Assembly (NCBI RefSeq): GCF_009914755.1
Contig: NC_060938.1
Direction: 5' to 3' (one strand)
Source of the DNA: the human T2T-CHM13v2.0 reference genome, Homo sapiens
Length of the DNA: 64,000 bases
Below the pieces are notes generated by a model. The model was not told where the DNA came from and searched no databases. It saw only the letters and a program-made list of their open reading frames with translations. Below are positions 1 through 12,224 of this stretch, piece by piece. The translations under genes were made by a program, and so were the position numbers. The stretch's first letter is position 1; each line of letters starts with the position of its first letter.

Positions 1-194
1 ATCTGTATGGTGCGTTTGTGAAAATTGGATAAAGATGCTCCTAAGACAGTTGTTGTAATCTATTGATTTTTAACAAAATCAATAAAACTTACTGCCATCC
101 ACCAGAAAATTGCTCAATAAATATACAAACCATCAACATCTACAATATGAATTGCACTCCCTGTGCAACCACATGTAGGAGTTTCACTACTGTA

Positions 195-400
195 GTGTGA
201 TCTGGTAAAAAGAACACTAATTTTTTTAGACTTAAGTTCTGCTTCCGGCTCTGAAACTGACCTGCTGATACCTTGAGCAAACTACATAATGTGCCTAGGC
301 CTCAGTTTTTCTTACCTTTAAAATGGAGGTAGCTTCTAGTTGTTGTTTTGGGAAATAACAGGCATAAAATTGCTTTGTAAAGTCTATCAGCTCTGCAAAA
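195..400 (+). mobile_element. MIR SINE (degenerate)
   Basis: core-like 'ccttgagcaa...gcctcagtttttcttacctttaaaatgg' matches MIR core ctcagtttcctcatctgtaaaatgg. Confidence 0.7.
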
Positions 401-594
401 GAAATCTCCAATCATGTTTTGGAAAATTTCTGTAGTTCTGGAACTATAATAGGTCCTGAAGAGAATGAAATCAGTTTAAGGAGCTTACAGTCTAACTAGA
501 AAGTTGTGCACATATGAACTGCACTAGAAAGTTAGAATCTAACATAAAAAGTTACACACATTTTAACTAATTGGAGCACTAGTCATACTGCTTC

Positions 595-868
595 GCACTT
601 ACTGACCTACTTTGTGTCATACCTACTAAGCAATTAACAGGTGCTATCTCATGTATAATCTTCACACCAACCCTATCAGGTAGATATTATCCCCATCTTA
701 CAGATATGGAAAAAATAATAGCTGGCATTTATTCATTTACTATGTTCCAGACACTATTCTAAAGTTATTTACATATTTTAATTCATTTCATCTTCACAAT
801 ACCCTATGAGATATGTACTATTATTCTCATTTTTCAGATGAGGAAATTTGTTCACAGAATTTAAATAA
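595..868 (-). mobile_element. two adjacent MIR 3' halves
   Basis: 'ccccatcttacagat' (~691-705) and 'attctcatttttcagatgaggaaa' (~823-846), each preceded by antisense MIR tail sequence. Confidence 0.75.
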
Positions 869-1252
869 GTGCTTTCCCAACTTTTTTACATAGAAAATTC
901 TATTTATTTGGCATTCTGGGATAAATGAGGGGATTTGGGAAATAGAGCTCAGTGAAAAATTCAGTACACCTCTATTGATAATTTGAGACGATTTAGTAGA
1001 GCATCAGGAAAGGTGTATGTGATGTGGTCACCTCAGGTTGCTCTCTGCCAATGGGTACTAAGTGTAAAGTATACAAAATAACAGTATATTCAAGCCTCAG
1101 GGAGTCACACAAATAGTGTTTCAATGTAATCTCAACCAGTGTAATGTTGAAGAGTTATGACAATTGCTTTAAATATTGTATCATTATAAAAAATTTACAA
1201 CCAACTGCATTTTATGGTACACCTTCAACCTATTTGTTATTGGGAAGCTATG
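868..1252. mobile_element. hAT-Charlie DNA transposon remnant (MER112-like ends)
   Basis: 'gtgctttcccaactttttt..acatagaaaat' at left and 'ggtacacc...ttgggaagctatg' at right resemble TIR-bearing MER112-type termini; interior not resolved. Confidence 0.45.
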
Positions 1253-2575
1253 GGTTAAATTACAAGGCAAATTCAGGACTATGTGTCTCTGAAGTCTGTT
1301 CTTCCAGCCTGTAAACAGTCTTGCCCTTCTGCAGTGAAAAGCCAAACTGCATGACCCAGACTCCATTTATCCTTACAGTACTGATTCTTTGAAGTTTGAT
1401 CATCCAGACTCACTTTAAGGGTAACTTTTTTGTTAACCATGGTCTTTAATCTTGTCCCCTTACCCCATTCTCAATCAGTTTTGAATCTAGCATCTCATAC
1501 TTCTTTCTACTCACTCTCTACCCATATCCACAACAGGAAATAGGTGGGCAGGTGGGCCAAGTGAAAATTCTTTGAATTGATAGCAGACTGCCCCTGGGCT
1601 CTGGAGTCGTCTGCTTGGTCACACTCTCCCTGTGGACTTCTGCTTATCTGCATCCACTGGAAGGTGAGCCCTGAAAGAGTGTCTATTCCCAGCTCAGCCA
1701 GTTGTGTTTACACAGAGACACTAAATTATAGTAAGTGGCTACTTAAGCTATCATTTTCCCAGCCCCTAAGTGCAGGAGGAAATCCATGTGTGATTCTATG
1801 CACCTTCTGTGCTTAACAAGATACATCTCAGAGCAGAAACAGTTTCCCTGTCTGTGCTTCAGAGAACCCACTGTCTCATGCAGGTTAATATTCTGTGGCT
1901 GAATTTGACACTGGAATTATTGATGTACATGAGAGCACAGTGTTCTAATATGAAGTCTGGTATTGCTTGTGTTTTACCCAATTATGGCTTGTCTAATTCC
2001 AAGCCCACTTGCATCTGAATTTCACTCCAGGCTTCTGCAGGGTAGAGAATGCTGAAGGAAGTAGAAGGAATACACAGATGGTATTTTTTTCATTGCTTTG
2101 TCTGGCTAGCTGAATGGCTGGTGTGCCGGTGGTGATATGTGGCAGGACATCTGGGGCAAGGTTAGTGACCCATTAAGGTGTCCTGAGCTCTGATTAGAGA
2201 GAACTTGGAGCCAGCAGAGCTGTCAACAATCAGTTTCTTTTTGATTAAGATGCTGCCTCTTAACCCCCTGGAGGCCATTTTACCCACCTTCAGGAAAAGA
2301 TAGAATTAAAGCCTTAGGTCATCGCTTAGTAGAAGCCCCAGGAGCTGACTAGACCAGAAAGGGCCTCTCAGCCTCTCTCAGCAGCTGTTCCATTATCAGG
2401 TTCCTCTACTGACAGGTAAGCTCATCCTCTGTCATACAGAGCTCCTAAGCTAAAATGGCTCTCCCAGGAGCCGCTACTCAAAGAAGAGTGAAGATACTTA
2501 AGAAAGCTCATTAGTGAATTAGGGAGGTCAGGAAAAATACGTTTATTTATTAGTATGGCCATTTTGGCTGTTGCA

Positions 2576-2580
<5 letters not shown>

Positions 2581-2621
<41 letters not shown>
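2581..2621. repeat. (TG)20 microsatellite
   Basis: perfect TG dinucleotide run, 41 bp. Confidence 0.98.
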
Positions 2622-2625
<4 letters not shown>

Positions 2626-2719
2626 AAAGAGTTCTCTTTTGTCGTTGAGATTCAGTCTGATGTATCTCAGTAAGCTTTAGTCTGTGAGCTCCTCAGCTGC
2701 ATCTCCTTAAAGACAAAAA

Positions 2720-2797
2720 GCATACCTTATTGTATTCCTAGGGCATGCACAGTGACTGGCACATAGTAAGTGGTTGAGAATGTACTGTGCTGAAATA
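2720..2797 (+). mobile_element. L2 3' end
   Basis: 'cacagtgactggcacatagtaagtggttgagaatgt' resembles the L2 terminal motif. Confidence 0.6.
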
Positions 2798-2811
2798 ATT
2801 ACAGATTTAAA

Positions 2812-2995
2812 GATGCAGTGTCTCAGATTTGCTTCAAAGTAATAGAGTGGGAGGAGGAATTGAGTGTAAGTATAGATGAAACAAGATGGATTATGAGATG
2901 ACAACTTTTTAATCTGAGTGATATGTTGTAGGGATTTGTTACTATTTTTTCTAGTTTCGCGTTTGTTCAATGTTTTCCACAATAAAAAGTTTTTT
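2812..2995 (+). mobile_element. old L1 (L1MC/MD/ME) 3' UTR end
   Basis: 'gatttgcttcaaagtaat...tatagatgaaacaagatgg...ttttccacaataaaaag' typical old L1 3' terminus with AATAAA. Confidence 0.75.
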
Positions 2996-3037
2996 TTATT
3001 AATATCTGTATTAAGTATAACAAAATGTTGAAGGATA

Positions 3038-3385
3038 TGGCAAAGACTGGCCTAGTGCTCTCCAAACAGTCTCATCTTTTTGCTAAGCACATAGCTGGGT
3101 TGCATTTTGTAGTCAGGCCACGTAATTAAAGTTCTGGCCAATAGAATGTGGACAGAACTGATGTAAGCCTCTTCCAAGTGTGACCATTATTCTGAATGAT
3201 CCTCTAAGCATTCTCTCTTCACTTGCCTCCGGTCTGGATGTAGGAAATCAGTGAAAAGCTTCAAGCTCCTAGGCAATGAAAGAGCCTAGATGCCTGAATG
3301 ATTTCATGGAGCAGAACCATCACTCTCTTCTACTGATGAATCTATAATAGACTATAAGGTGACTGAAATAAGCCTTTGTTGTTGT
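3038..3385 (+). mobile_element. MaLR solo LTR (MLT1H/I/J-like)
   Basis: 'gttctggccaatagaatgtggacagaactgatgt', 'gcctgaatgatttcatggagcaga', 'aaataagcctttgtt'. Confidence 0.75.
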
Positions 3386-3539
3386 TGTTGTTGTTGTCAT
3401 AAGTACAGTATTGAATTGCCCATAATCTTGCAAACCAGGTTTTCAGCCTACATATTTCAGACATGGGAGGAGACTCTCAGTAGTTATTTGACGTTTTAGA
3501 GAATCCAGAGCTATAATTAAATACCTCTGAAGATGATGA

Positions 3540-3795
3540 TAATAACAAAACTAGCATCTTTTGAATAGCCACTATATGTCAGGCACTGTTTTAAGTGCTT
3601 TCTATGTATTAACTAATTTCACTCTCACAACAACCCTATGAGGGAGAAACTAGTATTGTTCTAATTTTATAGAGGAAGAAACTGGGAGACTAAATAACTT
3701 GCCTAAGTCAAACAAATTGTAAGCGGCAAAGTCCAGATTCAGATCCAGGAAGTTTGCCTCCCAAGCTCTGCCTCCACCAGCCCACAATACTTCCT
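3540..3795 (-). mobile_element. MIR, near full length
   Basis: 'tctcacaacaaccctatgag...ttttatagaggaagaaactg...taacttgcctaagtca'. Confidence 0.85.
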
Positions 3796-4401
3796 CAGTA
3801 TTTTGGACTTTGCCATAGGAGTTGAGTCCTGGCATAAAGCAATATCTGAACACATAATGTCACCTACAGAAGCAGTGCTGGACTCCCATTCTAGGGAGGA
3901 GTACACAAAACCGGAAAAGGTCCAAAGTCTGCTGTTCCACTGCCCCCGTAAAGGGCATTCTAGTGAGCAGAGTTTAACAATGGTATGATCCGGGATAAAA
4001 CTTAGTGTCAGTGCTTTGTCCACTCTGACTGATTCTTCTTTTATTCAATTTTCTTCCGCTCAACCTTGTCCTCTCCTGCATTTGCCACAGGGGGGAAATA
4101 TTTGTCATCTGTTTTACCTGTATCTGCCACTCTTCTACACCCCCTTCCTCACCCACCCTTCATGACCCCCTCTCCCGGATCCCAACCCAGAGCCTATTTC
4201 TCTCCTTTTTCAAGCAACTCAGAGCACATATTAGGGCAGAGAGTCATATCAATGCTCATAAAACCTCCAAATGACAACAGTGATTAATTACTCCCTTGCT
4301 TTTTGACTTCACTTGCCTGCTGCAGACACTACCTATCTTCAACAGCCAAGAGAGCTGAGGAGGGGCCACCATCAAGCTTTTTGCCAGTGCACTACCTAGG
4401 A

Positions 4402-4580
4402 CAGAATTTTTCAAACTGCATTCCATGGAGAGGCTACAAGAAGCATCTGAGAAGATGGGAGAAGATACATAAGCATTGAATGAATGGGGCTCTACATCCC
4501 CCAACTCCACTTCTGTCATGGCAGTTCCGCTTTATCTGCTTCACGTTAGATTGCATTTGGAGAATTGTTCCATCCTTGAA
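4402..4580. mobile_element. hAT-Charlie MITE (MER117-like)
   Basis: TIR-like 'cagaatttttcaaactgcattcc' and internal 'gcagttccgctttatctg'. Confidence 0.5.
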
Positions 4581-5004
4581 AGAGAGAGAGAAATAAACCC
4601 CTTATTTTGGAAGATCCTTTGGATCGCCAAACTTTTGGGCCCCTTAATTTCTTGAATCTCTCAGTTTCCACCATTCCTGCCCACCAGGAGCAGAGGTAGG
4701 AAAGACCAGCCCAGCAGACACTCCCAACTCCTAACAGCCCACTTTCTAGGTCCCAGAGCCAAGGAGAATTACAGCAAAACAGAACTCATGGATGGAGTAA
4801 GGGGCTGTGGGTTGTTGCTTCCCCCACAAGTCCTACAGTTCTGAATCTTACCTGTCCTTGCATAGAGTAGATTTTTAAATGAACATGGTATGACTGGATG
4901 GATGATCCAATCTCTATTACTTTAGATCATTCTGGGGGGAGTCGGGGGACGGGACTGGCCTTAGATCTCAGAATGGCCACAATATTCATTCTTCAATATG
5001 CAGA

Positions 5005-5246
5005 GAGGCAATTTGGCATAGACATTAAGAATATGAGATCTAGAATCAGACCCTTGCTTCAAATCCTGGCTCTGCCACTTCAAACTATGTGACCTTATTC
5101 TTGTAAATATGAATATGCTTGCAATGATAATGTTTCTGTCATGAGGATTAAATAAGTTAATACATGTAAAATACTTGGTTACTTGGTGCCTGGCATGTTA
5201 GTGTCAGTAAACATTAGCAAATGTTAGCCCTCATTATTGTTGTTAT
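5005..5246 (+). mobile_element. MIR
   Basis: 'ttcaaatcctggctctgccactt...tgtgacctt' and 'tgaggattaaataagttaatacatgtaaa'. Confidence 0.85.
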
Positions 5247-5399
5247 CCTGTTCAAACGCCTTCCTCTGACTCTTCCAAGCAGTATTCATTATTCTCCTCT
5301 GCACTTTTTAGCAGTTTGCTCAATAAAGCAGATTCTTTGAAATCAGGATACATAGATATCATAAATTCAGTCCTTACTCCCATCTTAGCACTTGTGGTT

Positions 5400-5522
5400 A
5401 CATATCTGTCTCTCCCTCTTAACATCTGGCTCCTTGGGGAAATATTCCATATTTTATTCATCTTTCTATCCCAAGGACCTGGTATATTATAAGTGCTCAC
5501 TGCAGTTTGATTGAATGAATGA
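5400..5522 (+). mobile_element. L2 3' end
   Basis: ends 'aagtgctcactgcagtttgattgaatgaatga'. Confidence 0.65.
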
Positions 5523-5719
5523 GCAGCATTGGCATTTGTCTGGAGTTGGGAGACTCTTGACCATTTCCTCCTGGCCTTCCTATCTGCTTTGCATCCCAAA
5601 GCCTCAGCTCCTTTCTCTGCCCCAACATGAGGATGAGGTGAAGAGTCTGGGCCGGGTTCAGGGAATCTCTCCTAGGCTTGGCTGTGAGGCTATGGGAATT
5701 CAGGGCACACAGAAGAAAA

Positions 5720-5900
5720 TAACATTTGCTGGGCTCTTTATCACACTTAATTCTCACAGCAGTTTAGTGGAGGTGTATTCTTGTTGGTCCCTTTTTTACA
5801 CATGAAGAAACTGACTTTAACAATTTTCTCAAGGTCACATCTGCCTGAGGCAGAATTCAAACCTGAGTCTGCCTCCTCAGCTTGTGCTGTTTCCACTCGC
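5720..5900 (-). mobile_element. MIR
   Basis: 'tttacacatgaagaaactga...tcaaggtcacatct...gaattcaaacctgagtctg'. Confidence 0.75.
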
Positions 5901-6459
5901 TGGCTCCCACTGAAGCAAGCCAAGATCTGCACCCCATCCCACCTCCCTGTTCCACCCCACCTCTCTTCTCTCCTTGGTCTTATCTTTGTTCTTCCATATT
6001 AGCCTTCTAATATTATTTTCCTTCCTGAGTTGGCTTATTTATCACTTGGCCATGTCTTCTTATTAATATAACCAGAGCTTAAACATTATGCATCCCTACT
6101 GCCTCGTTTGCCAGCACGGTGCTGAGCACTTACGAGCTTTGCAATTAGACTGAGCTCAAAGGGGCCATAACATCTGCATCTTCATGGAGAAAGCTGCTTT
6201 CATAGGGAAATGGGGTGGAGAGGAAAGGATGCGAGATGGGCAGTACAAGACAGTGTGCGGCATATGCATGGTAAAGGTGGGACCGAGGTGGGGAGCAGAG
6301 TAAAAACACCACCAGGAGCTACTCCCTTGCTGCTCAGCCTTAATTCAACATTGCCCTGCTTGTGACTTGGAGCTATGAGCCTCCAGGAAAATCCTCGGGT
6401 TATTTCTAACAGAACCCTCTTCCATCTTATTCCTATGGCTAATATCAACAACAGCATCA

Positions 6460-6636
6460 ATAGTAACCCTTCGCTTACTGAGCACCTACTATGTGCTTTA
6501 CACACATTTAATCTCATTTAATCCATGCAACAATCCCATGAGCTAGATGCTAATATACTCCATTTTATAGATGAGGAAGCTATACTTCGGAGAGTTTAAG
6601 TAACTGTTCAAGCTCACACAACTAGTAAGTGACATA
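6460..6636 (-). mobile_element. MIR
   Basis: 'ttactgagcacctactatgtgc...cattttatagatgaggaagct...aactagtaagtgaca'. Confidence 0.85.
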
Positions 6637-7737
6637 ACAAAGAGAAATGGTAGAAAGGCCTGAAAAGGAAGAGGAGTGGAGTGAGGGGCAATTGACATCA
6701 GAGTAGGCCTCTTTAAGCTGCTCCTGTTTGAGCAGCTGCCCAAGTGAGCTGGCAGAGTATGGGAACAACTGAAAGCCCCCCTCCCAGCAGCTCACCTCAT
6801 GGCCTACCTGGAAAAGAAGGATCCCTGGGCCCCAAAGGTTGACACTCTCATCTCTTCCAAGGAGACTTCCAAACTAGCAGAGGTTGTTCAGGGACCAGGG
6901 GCACTTTATCCTCAGGGAGAGGATAAAGACCATCATGCTTTATACTTCCTAGACCGAGACACTTTACCTTTCCAGTGGATACCACAAGAGCCCCTCTAAA
7001 ACGATGTCTGCCCAGCTGATTGATTGTTCTCTCCCAAGACTGTTCTTTTTTATTGGCTTTCCTCCCTCTTTTCCTTCTTTAGCCTCTCATTTCAATCTCC
7101 TGGCTTCCTGGGCCCAAGTCTTTGACATCAATTTGGAGCCCCTCTAACAAGTGTTCCAAGACAGTTCCCTCTGAGTTGTGACGCAAGGCCAATTCTTAAG
7201 AAAACCAGGCTATCGGATTTTATTTGTTCATATTTTTTTTCGTTTTTAAATTTTAGCCTGTCTGAAATTTTGTCAGTTACCCTGGAGGTGGTCCCTCCTT
7301 CTAAGGGTCTCCCAGAACCCAAACACTGGTCTAATTCAGAGATTTGGGCTAAGCCATGTAGCTCAGGAAAGTCTATCCCAAGCATCTTGCGGAAGCAGCC
7401 CTCAATAAAAAAGTAAAAAGCATTGATAGAACAATTGGCCTTTTTTTTTCATGCTTAAAACCTTAATAGATTGATGTGGTTAAATAATGCAGAGCCAAGT
7501 ATTAATAAGTCTGTAGGTGAGACAGGTTATGCTCAGTGGCTGAGAGCTTCCCCCACCGTTCCCCTCCTTTTCTTCTCTCTCTCCCTTGTTTCTCTTTCTT
7601 CCAATACAAACAAGTTGGTAATTGGCAATTCCCATTGCCAGTTTATATGCTCAGTGAGCAGCAAAGTAGTCCTCACTGGATTCTTTCTGTGATGTTACCA
7701 AGGAACACAGTGGTAGCTGGAAGGACCTTAGAGACTA

Positions 7738-8812
7738 TTTATTCAGCAAATAGTGTGCACGTATTATTTTCCAGACACTGTTCTGAGTCTTAAAGCAGAC
7801 CGAAAAAGTTTCTACCTTCATGGAGCTTATGATCAAGTAGGGAGACAGACAATGAATAAATCTATGAAATTTATAGTGTCTGAAACAATAAGAATTGCTA
7901 ATGAGACAGAAGAGTATAAAGAGTGCTACCAAGGGTTAATATTTTAAATAGGGTGGTCAGAGAAGCCCTCACTTAGAAGGTGGCATGTTAGCAAAGAGCT
8001 GAAGGAGACGAGGGTGAGGAATATAGCTAACTAGGGGAAGAGCATTACATGCAGAGGGAACGGCAAACACAAAGGACCTGAGGCAGGAGCATGGCTGTTC
8101 GGAGAATAGCAAGGAGGCTGGCGTGACCAGAAAGGAGAGAAGCAGGAGACAAGGTGAGAGGTCATGAAGGTCTGGATAGTATAGAGCCTTGCAGACCATC
8201 ATTAGGACTTAACCCAAATGAAATGAGAAGTTTTTGAATGGTTTGGAGCAATGGATTGACATAATCTGACTTATGTAATAAAAGTGATTATGCTGGTGAC
8301 TGCCTTGAGAATAACTTGGAGGTAAACACAGGGGGACTAGTTAGGAGATACTGCACTCATCTGGAGGGGTGATAAAGCTTAGGTATTAAGAGCAGAGTCC
8401 CTGAAGCCAGACTGCCTGGATTCAAATCTCAGCCATGCCCTTACTAGCAGCATCACCTTGGGCAAACATCATAACCAGTCTCTCTGTGTCTGTTTCTTCT
8501 TCCGTTGAATGGAGAAAATAATTGTACCCACCTCATAGGGTTTTTGTAATGATTTAATGAGTTAATAAATGTGAAACACTTAGAACACAGAGTTGTGAGG
8601 AGTTGAAACACTTAGACTAGTACATAGCAAAGGCCGTTTGTGTGTTTGGTGTTATTATTATCGTTATTATTATTGTCTGAATAAGAGATGACAGTGAGTC
8701 AGGCCAGAGCAGTAACAGTGGGAGAAAAGTGGTCATATTTGAGGAATGTTTTGAAGGTAGAGCCAATAGGATTTGCTGACAGATTGGATGTGTGGAATGA
8801 AAAGAGAGGGGT
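7738..8812 (-). mobile_element. L2a LINE, interrupted by a MIR at 8369-8675
   Basis: 'gggtggtcagagaagccctc', 'gcagagggaacggcaaacacaaaggacctgaggcagga', resumes after MIR with 'ttttgaaggtagagccaataggatttgctgacagattggatgtg'. Confidence 0.85.
8369..8675 (+). mobile_element. MIR nested in L2
   Basis: 'gaagccagactgcctggattcaaatctcagc...accttgggcaa', (att)n tail. Confidence 0.85.
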
Positions 8813-9031
8813 GTAAATGCACCACGTTCATATTACAGTTGAGGAAACTGAGCACAGCTAAGGCCACCATTGTAACAAATAAGTCTTAAGGAGTACTTGT
8901 TGCTAAACGTGAACAGAAATCAAAATTAAAGAACAAGGCCACTCATGGTCTAACATACAAATCCCTATGTAATCCACTATTTTCATTTTAATGTATTCCC
9001 TTCAGTTCTTATCTTTATGCATGCATGATTT

Positions 9032-9752
9032 TTTAAAATCTACTTTATTTTTCAGCTTTATTGAGGTAGAATTAACGAATAAAAAATTGTATGTATTTAA
9101 GGCTGACTAATATTCCATTGTGTATGTATTTTTTATATATACCACATTTTCTTTTACCATTTACTTACGTTGATTCCATATCTTGGCTATTGTGAATAAT
9201 GCTGCTGTGAATTTCTGCACAGCAAAGGAAACAATCAACAAAATGAACAAAATGAAAAGGCAACCTATGGAGTGGGAGAAAATATTTACAAACCATGAAT
9301 CTGACAGAGAGCTAATATCCAAAATACATGAGAAACTCATGACTCAATAGTCAAAAAACAAATAGCCTGATTTAAAAATGGACACAGGACGTTTTCCAAA
9401 CAAGACATACAAATGGCCAACAGATATATGAAAAGGTGCTCAACATCACTAATCGTCGGGGAAATGCAAATCAAAACCACAATGAGATATCATCTCACAC
9501 CTTTTAAGGGGACTGTGATCAAAAAAGTAAACCATAAGTGTTGGTGTGGATGTGGAGAAAAGGAAACCCTTGTACACTGGGAATGTAAATTGGTATAGCA
9601 ATTATGGAAAACAGTATGGAGGTTCCTCAAAAAATTAAAAATAGAACCGCCATATGATCTAGCAATCCCATTTCTAGGTATATTTCCAAAGGAAATGAAA
9701 TCAGTATCTTGAGATATCAGCATTCTTATGATCAATGCAGCATTATTCATAT
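9032..9752 (-). mobile_element. 5'-inverted (twin-primed) L1MA-class insertion: 3' end on minus (9032-9211), inverted ORF2 segment on plus (9212-9752)
   Basis: T-rich tail then antisense L1 3' sequence; plus-strand ORF2 remnant ([13 protein letters not shown]); 12-bp TSD catgcatgattt at 9020-9031 and 9753-9764. Confidence 0.85.
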
Positions 9753-10061
9753 CATGCATGATTTGTAAGTAAATATAATTGCATCAACATAATGTTATAT
9801 TCTACAAAATATAAATATGTGGCACTTCTTGACTCTAGCAAGGGCTCATTGGTTAAACGTTAAAGAAATTAATGTGATTAATACCATTTATACTCCAGGA
9901 TATAAGCAGGGCACAGAATTCCCCATTTTGAGATGAAAAAGCATACAATCCTTTTATCAAGTGAGCCCATATAGATTGGCAAGTACATCACATCTTATTT
10001 CAAGGAGATCACAGTCTTATGGGGGCAGATCAAATCACTATAACTGAGGGTTATACTGGAG

Positions 10062-10079
10062 ATATATATATATATATAT
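10062..10079. repeat. (AT)9 microsatellite
   Basis: perfect AT run. Confidence 0.9.
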
Positions 10080-10196
10080 GTACAAGTTACCTTGGAAGCA
10101 CCATGGAACATACACTTAACTCTGCTTATAGAAATAGGGAGGCTTCCAAAGAGAAGAGACATCTAGACAGATGAAGCTTATTTTCCACACCTTTTA

Positions 10197-11899
10197 TTTT
10201 ATTTTATTTTATTTTTAAGTTCCAGGGTACATGTGCAGGATATGCAGGTTAGTTGAGTAGGTAAACGTGTGCCATAGTGGTTTGCTGTAGCTATCAACCC
10301 ATCACTTAAATATTAAGCCTAGCGTGCATTAGCTATTTTTCCTGATACTCTCCCTCTCCCCACACCACTGCCCCACCAACAGGCCCCAGTGTATGTTGTT
10401 TCCCTCCCTGTGTCTGTGTGTTCTCATTGTTCAGCTCTTATAAGTAAGAACATGCAGTGTTTGTTTTTATGTTCCTGTGTTAGTTTGCTGAGGATAATGG
10501 CTTCCAGCTCCATCCATGTCCCTGCAAAGGACATGATCTCATTCCTTTTTATGGCTGCATAGTATTCCATGGTGTACATGTACCACATTTTCTTTATCCA
10601 GTCTATCACTATTGGGCATTTGGGTTGATTCCATGTCTTTGCTATTGTGAATAGTGCTACAATGAACATATGTGTGCATGTATCTTTATAATAGAATGAT
10701 TGATATTCCTTTGGGTATATACCCAGTAATGGGATTGCTGGGTCAAATGGTATTTCTGGATCTAAGTCTCTGAGGAATCTCCACACTGTCTTCCACAGTA
10801 GTTGAACTAATTTACATTCCCAACAACAGTGTAAAAGCGTTCCTGTCTCTCCACAGCCTCTCCAGCATCTGTTGTTTCTTGACTTTTTAGTAATTGCCAT
10901 TCTGATTGGCGTGAGATGGTATCTCATTGTGGTTTTGATTTGCATTTCTCTAATGATCAGTGATGTTGAGCTTTTTTTTTTTCATATGTTTGTTGGCCAC
11001 ATAAATGTCTCCTTTTGAGAAGTATCTGTTCATGTCCTTAGCGCACTTTTTAATGGGGTTGTTTTTTTTCTTGTAAACTTGTTTAAGTTCCTTATAGACT
11101 CTGGAAATTAGACCTTTGTCAGATGGATAGGTTGCAAAAATTTTCTCCCATTTTGTAAGTTGTCTCTTTGCTCTGATGACAGTTTCTTTTGCTGTGCAGA
11201 GCTTTTTAGTTTAACTAGATCCCATTGGTCAATTTTTGCTTTTGTTGCAATTGTTTTTGATATTTTCATCATTAAATCTTTGCCTGTGCCTATGTCCTCA
11301 GTGGTATTGCCTAGATTTTCTTCTAGGGTTTTTATAATTTTGGGTTTTACATTTAAGTCTTTAATCCATCTTGAGTTAATTTTTGTATAAGGTGTAAGAA
11401 AGGGGTCCAGTTTTTGTTTTCTGCATATGGCTAGCTAGTTCTCCCACCAACATTTATTAAATGGGGAATCCTTTCCCTATTGCTTGTTTTTGTCAGGTTT
11501 GTTGAAGATCAGATGGTTGTAGATGTGCGGTCTTATTTCTGAGTTCTCTATTCTGTTCCATTGGTCCATGTGTCTGTTTTTGTACCAGCACTAGCTGTTT
11601 TGTACCAGCACCATGATGTTTTGGCTGCTGTAGCCAAAACTACTACTACTGTAGCCAAATACTACTGTAGTTATAGTGTAGTTTGAAGTCAGATAGCATG
11701 ATGCCTGCAGCTTTGTTGTTCTTCCTTAGGATTGTCTTGGCTCTATGGGCTCTTTTTTGGTTCCATGTGAAATTTAAAATAGCTTTTTCTAATTCTGTGA
11801 AGGATGTCAATAGTAGTTTGATGGGAATAGCATTGAATCTACAAATTACTTTGGGCAGTATGGCCATTTTCATGATATTGATTCTTCTATGCATGAGCA
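10197..11899 (-). mobile_element. 5'-truncated primate L1PA (roughly L1PA8-10), decayed ORF2 C-terminus plus 3' UTR
   Basis: ORF 10424-10945 is L1 ORF2 C-term ([27 protein letters not shown]..); (tttta)n tail; degenerate TSD attttccacacctttta 10180-10196 / attttccgtacccttta 11900-11916. Confidence 0.95.
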
Positions 11900-12224
11900 A
11901 TTTTCCGTACCCTTTAGATAGGGCACAGATGAGACTTAGCTCAATTGGCTTTAACCACACTGGCCAATGTGTATTGCTGATTGTTCTGGCTGCTTTTCTT
12001 ACTAGACTATGTGTGCATCTCTGATTCCAGCACTATCCAGATTCCTGACACATGGTATCTGCTCCTTTAATGTTTATTGAGTAAGTGCAGCATATCTGAA
12101 AAAAAGTGACCTGAACAGTGGCAGATGAAGAAACCACACAGCACACTGGCCTTGTAAATCATTTTTGGGGGTCAACAAATATTTTTACTGATTTTCAGAA
12201 AGACCATGTTTCTCATCTAAAATC

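Noticed and set aside
2413-2421. Isolated strong splice donors (CAG|GTAAGC here; CTG|GTAAGT 21457; ATG|GTAAGT 32939)
   Set aside because: No convincing paired acceptor; such hexamers are expected many times by chance in 64 kb.
8572-8616. tgaaacacttaga duplication in a MIR, and degenerate atttattgag copies at 31991-32038
   Set aside because: Small slippage duplications in old SINE tails with no sign of function.
10424-10945. 173-aa ORF (also 9413-9598, 18866-19060, 29380-29970) as protein-coding genes
   Set aside because: Decayed L1 ORF2 C-terminal fragments in 5'-truncated elements.
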